NCBI RefSeq assembly: GCF_003918875.1 | Contig: NW_025765691.1 | Coordinates: 1-64,000 of the forward strand | DNA: 64,000 bases | Reading direction: 5' to 3' | Source: Haliotis rubra | Taxonomy: Eukaryota | Shown: positions 63,392-64,000 of the stretch, piece by piece | Layout of the letters: each line of letters starts with the position of its first letter | Position numbering within the stretch: the first letter of the stretch is position 1 | Program-made: the position numbers and the translations under genes | The notes under the pieces: generated by a model | Database searches by the model: none | Seen by the model: the letters and a program-made list of their open reading frames with translations, nothing else | What the model was told of the DNA's origin: nothing

Positions 63392-63552
63392 GGGGCGGTA
63401 GGGAAGCCTAGTGGTTAAAGCGTTCGCTCGTCACGCTGAAGACCCTGGTTCGATTCACCACATGGGTACAATGTGTGAAGCCCTTTTCTGGTGTCCCCCG
63501 CCACGATATTGCTGGAATATTGCTACAAGCGGCGCAAAACTAAATTCACTTC
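63392..63552 (+). mobile_element. SINE family A
   Basis: TSD ataagagaagg. Confidence 0.9.
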
Positions 63553-63719
63553 AATAAGAGAAGGCCGACCCCTTAAAGCCCATCACTGTCGGTCAGGTCG
63601 GGACGATCACAGGGATGGTCTGGCTAATCTGTGTTTGAAATTTGAAACAAAAACAATACCCCAGGCTGAACCCACTGACTTTAGAACTGAACACTCCAGG
63701 CCTCGTTTAAAGACCCTAG

Positions 63720-63920
63720 ACCCGCGAAGTTCCAAGTCAGACTTGGTCATCAGCAACCCATGCTTGTCGTAAGAGGCGACTAACAGGATCCGGTGATCAG
63801 GCTCGCCGACTCGGTTGACACAAGCTATCGTATCCCAAAATCGTAGATCGATGCTCATGATGTTGATCACAAGAAGGTCTGTTTCAGACATATTGCTGTG
63901 TGCGGCGTTAAACAAACCAT
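63720..63920 (+). mobile_element. SINE family B, diverged and internally deleted
   Basis: acccgcgaag head, cttgtcgtaagaggcgacta core and family tail. Confidence 0.82.
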
Positions 63921-64000
63921 CATTATTCAGACTGTCAGTCGTGTAGGTAATTGCAACATTGGGGGACCGAACCCAGTACAGGTCTAACATCCGGGGAGTG

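Overview
Eukaryotic, repeat-rich genomic DNA from a mollusc, most likely a gastropod such as abalone (inferred from the SINE families and intronless nAChR-like genes). Supported genes: a multi-exon NXPE-family gene (minus, 5968-9675) whose frameshifts look like long-read consensus errors; two tandem intronless Cys-loop receptor genes (plus, 13347-14522 and 17867-19039) lacking the canonical acetylcholine-binding residues; a probable 68-aa orphan microprotein exon (plus, 22374-22580); BLOC1S4 (minus, 5 coding exons); RBIS/C8orf59 (minus, 3 coding exons); the C-terminal coding exon of PIGY (minus); and a signal-peptide first exon of an unidentified plus-strand gene (52807-52882). The rest is dense with four SINE families, several MITE classes, Ginger, mariner and CR1/L2-like remnants, and many minisatellites. 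Top leads: (1) the receptor pair as candidate chemosensory channels; (2) a possible PIGY-RBIS bicistronic transcript; (3) a non-tRNA SINE with a fixed 5' end and a covarying, potentially pseudoknotted RNA head. All calls were made by eye, without alignments or database searches.
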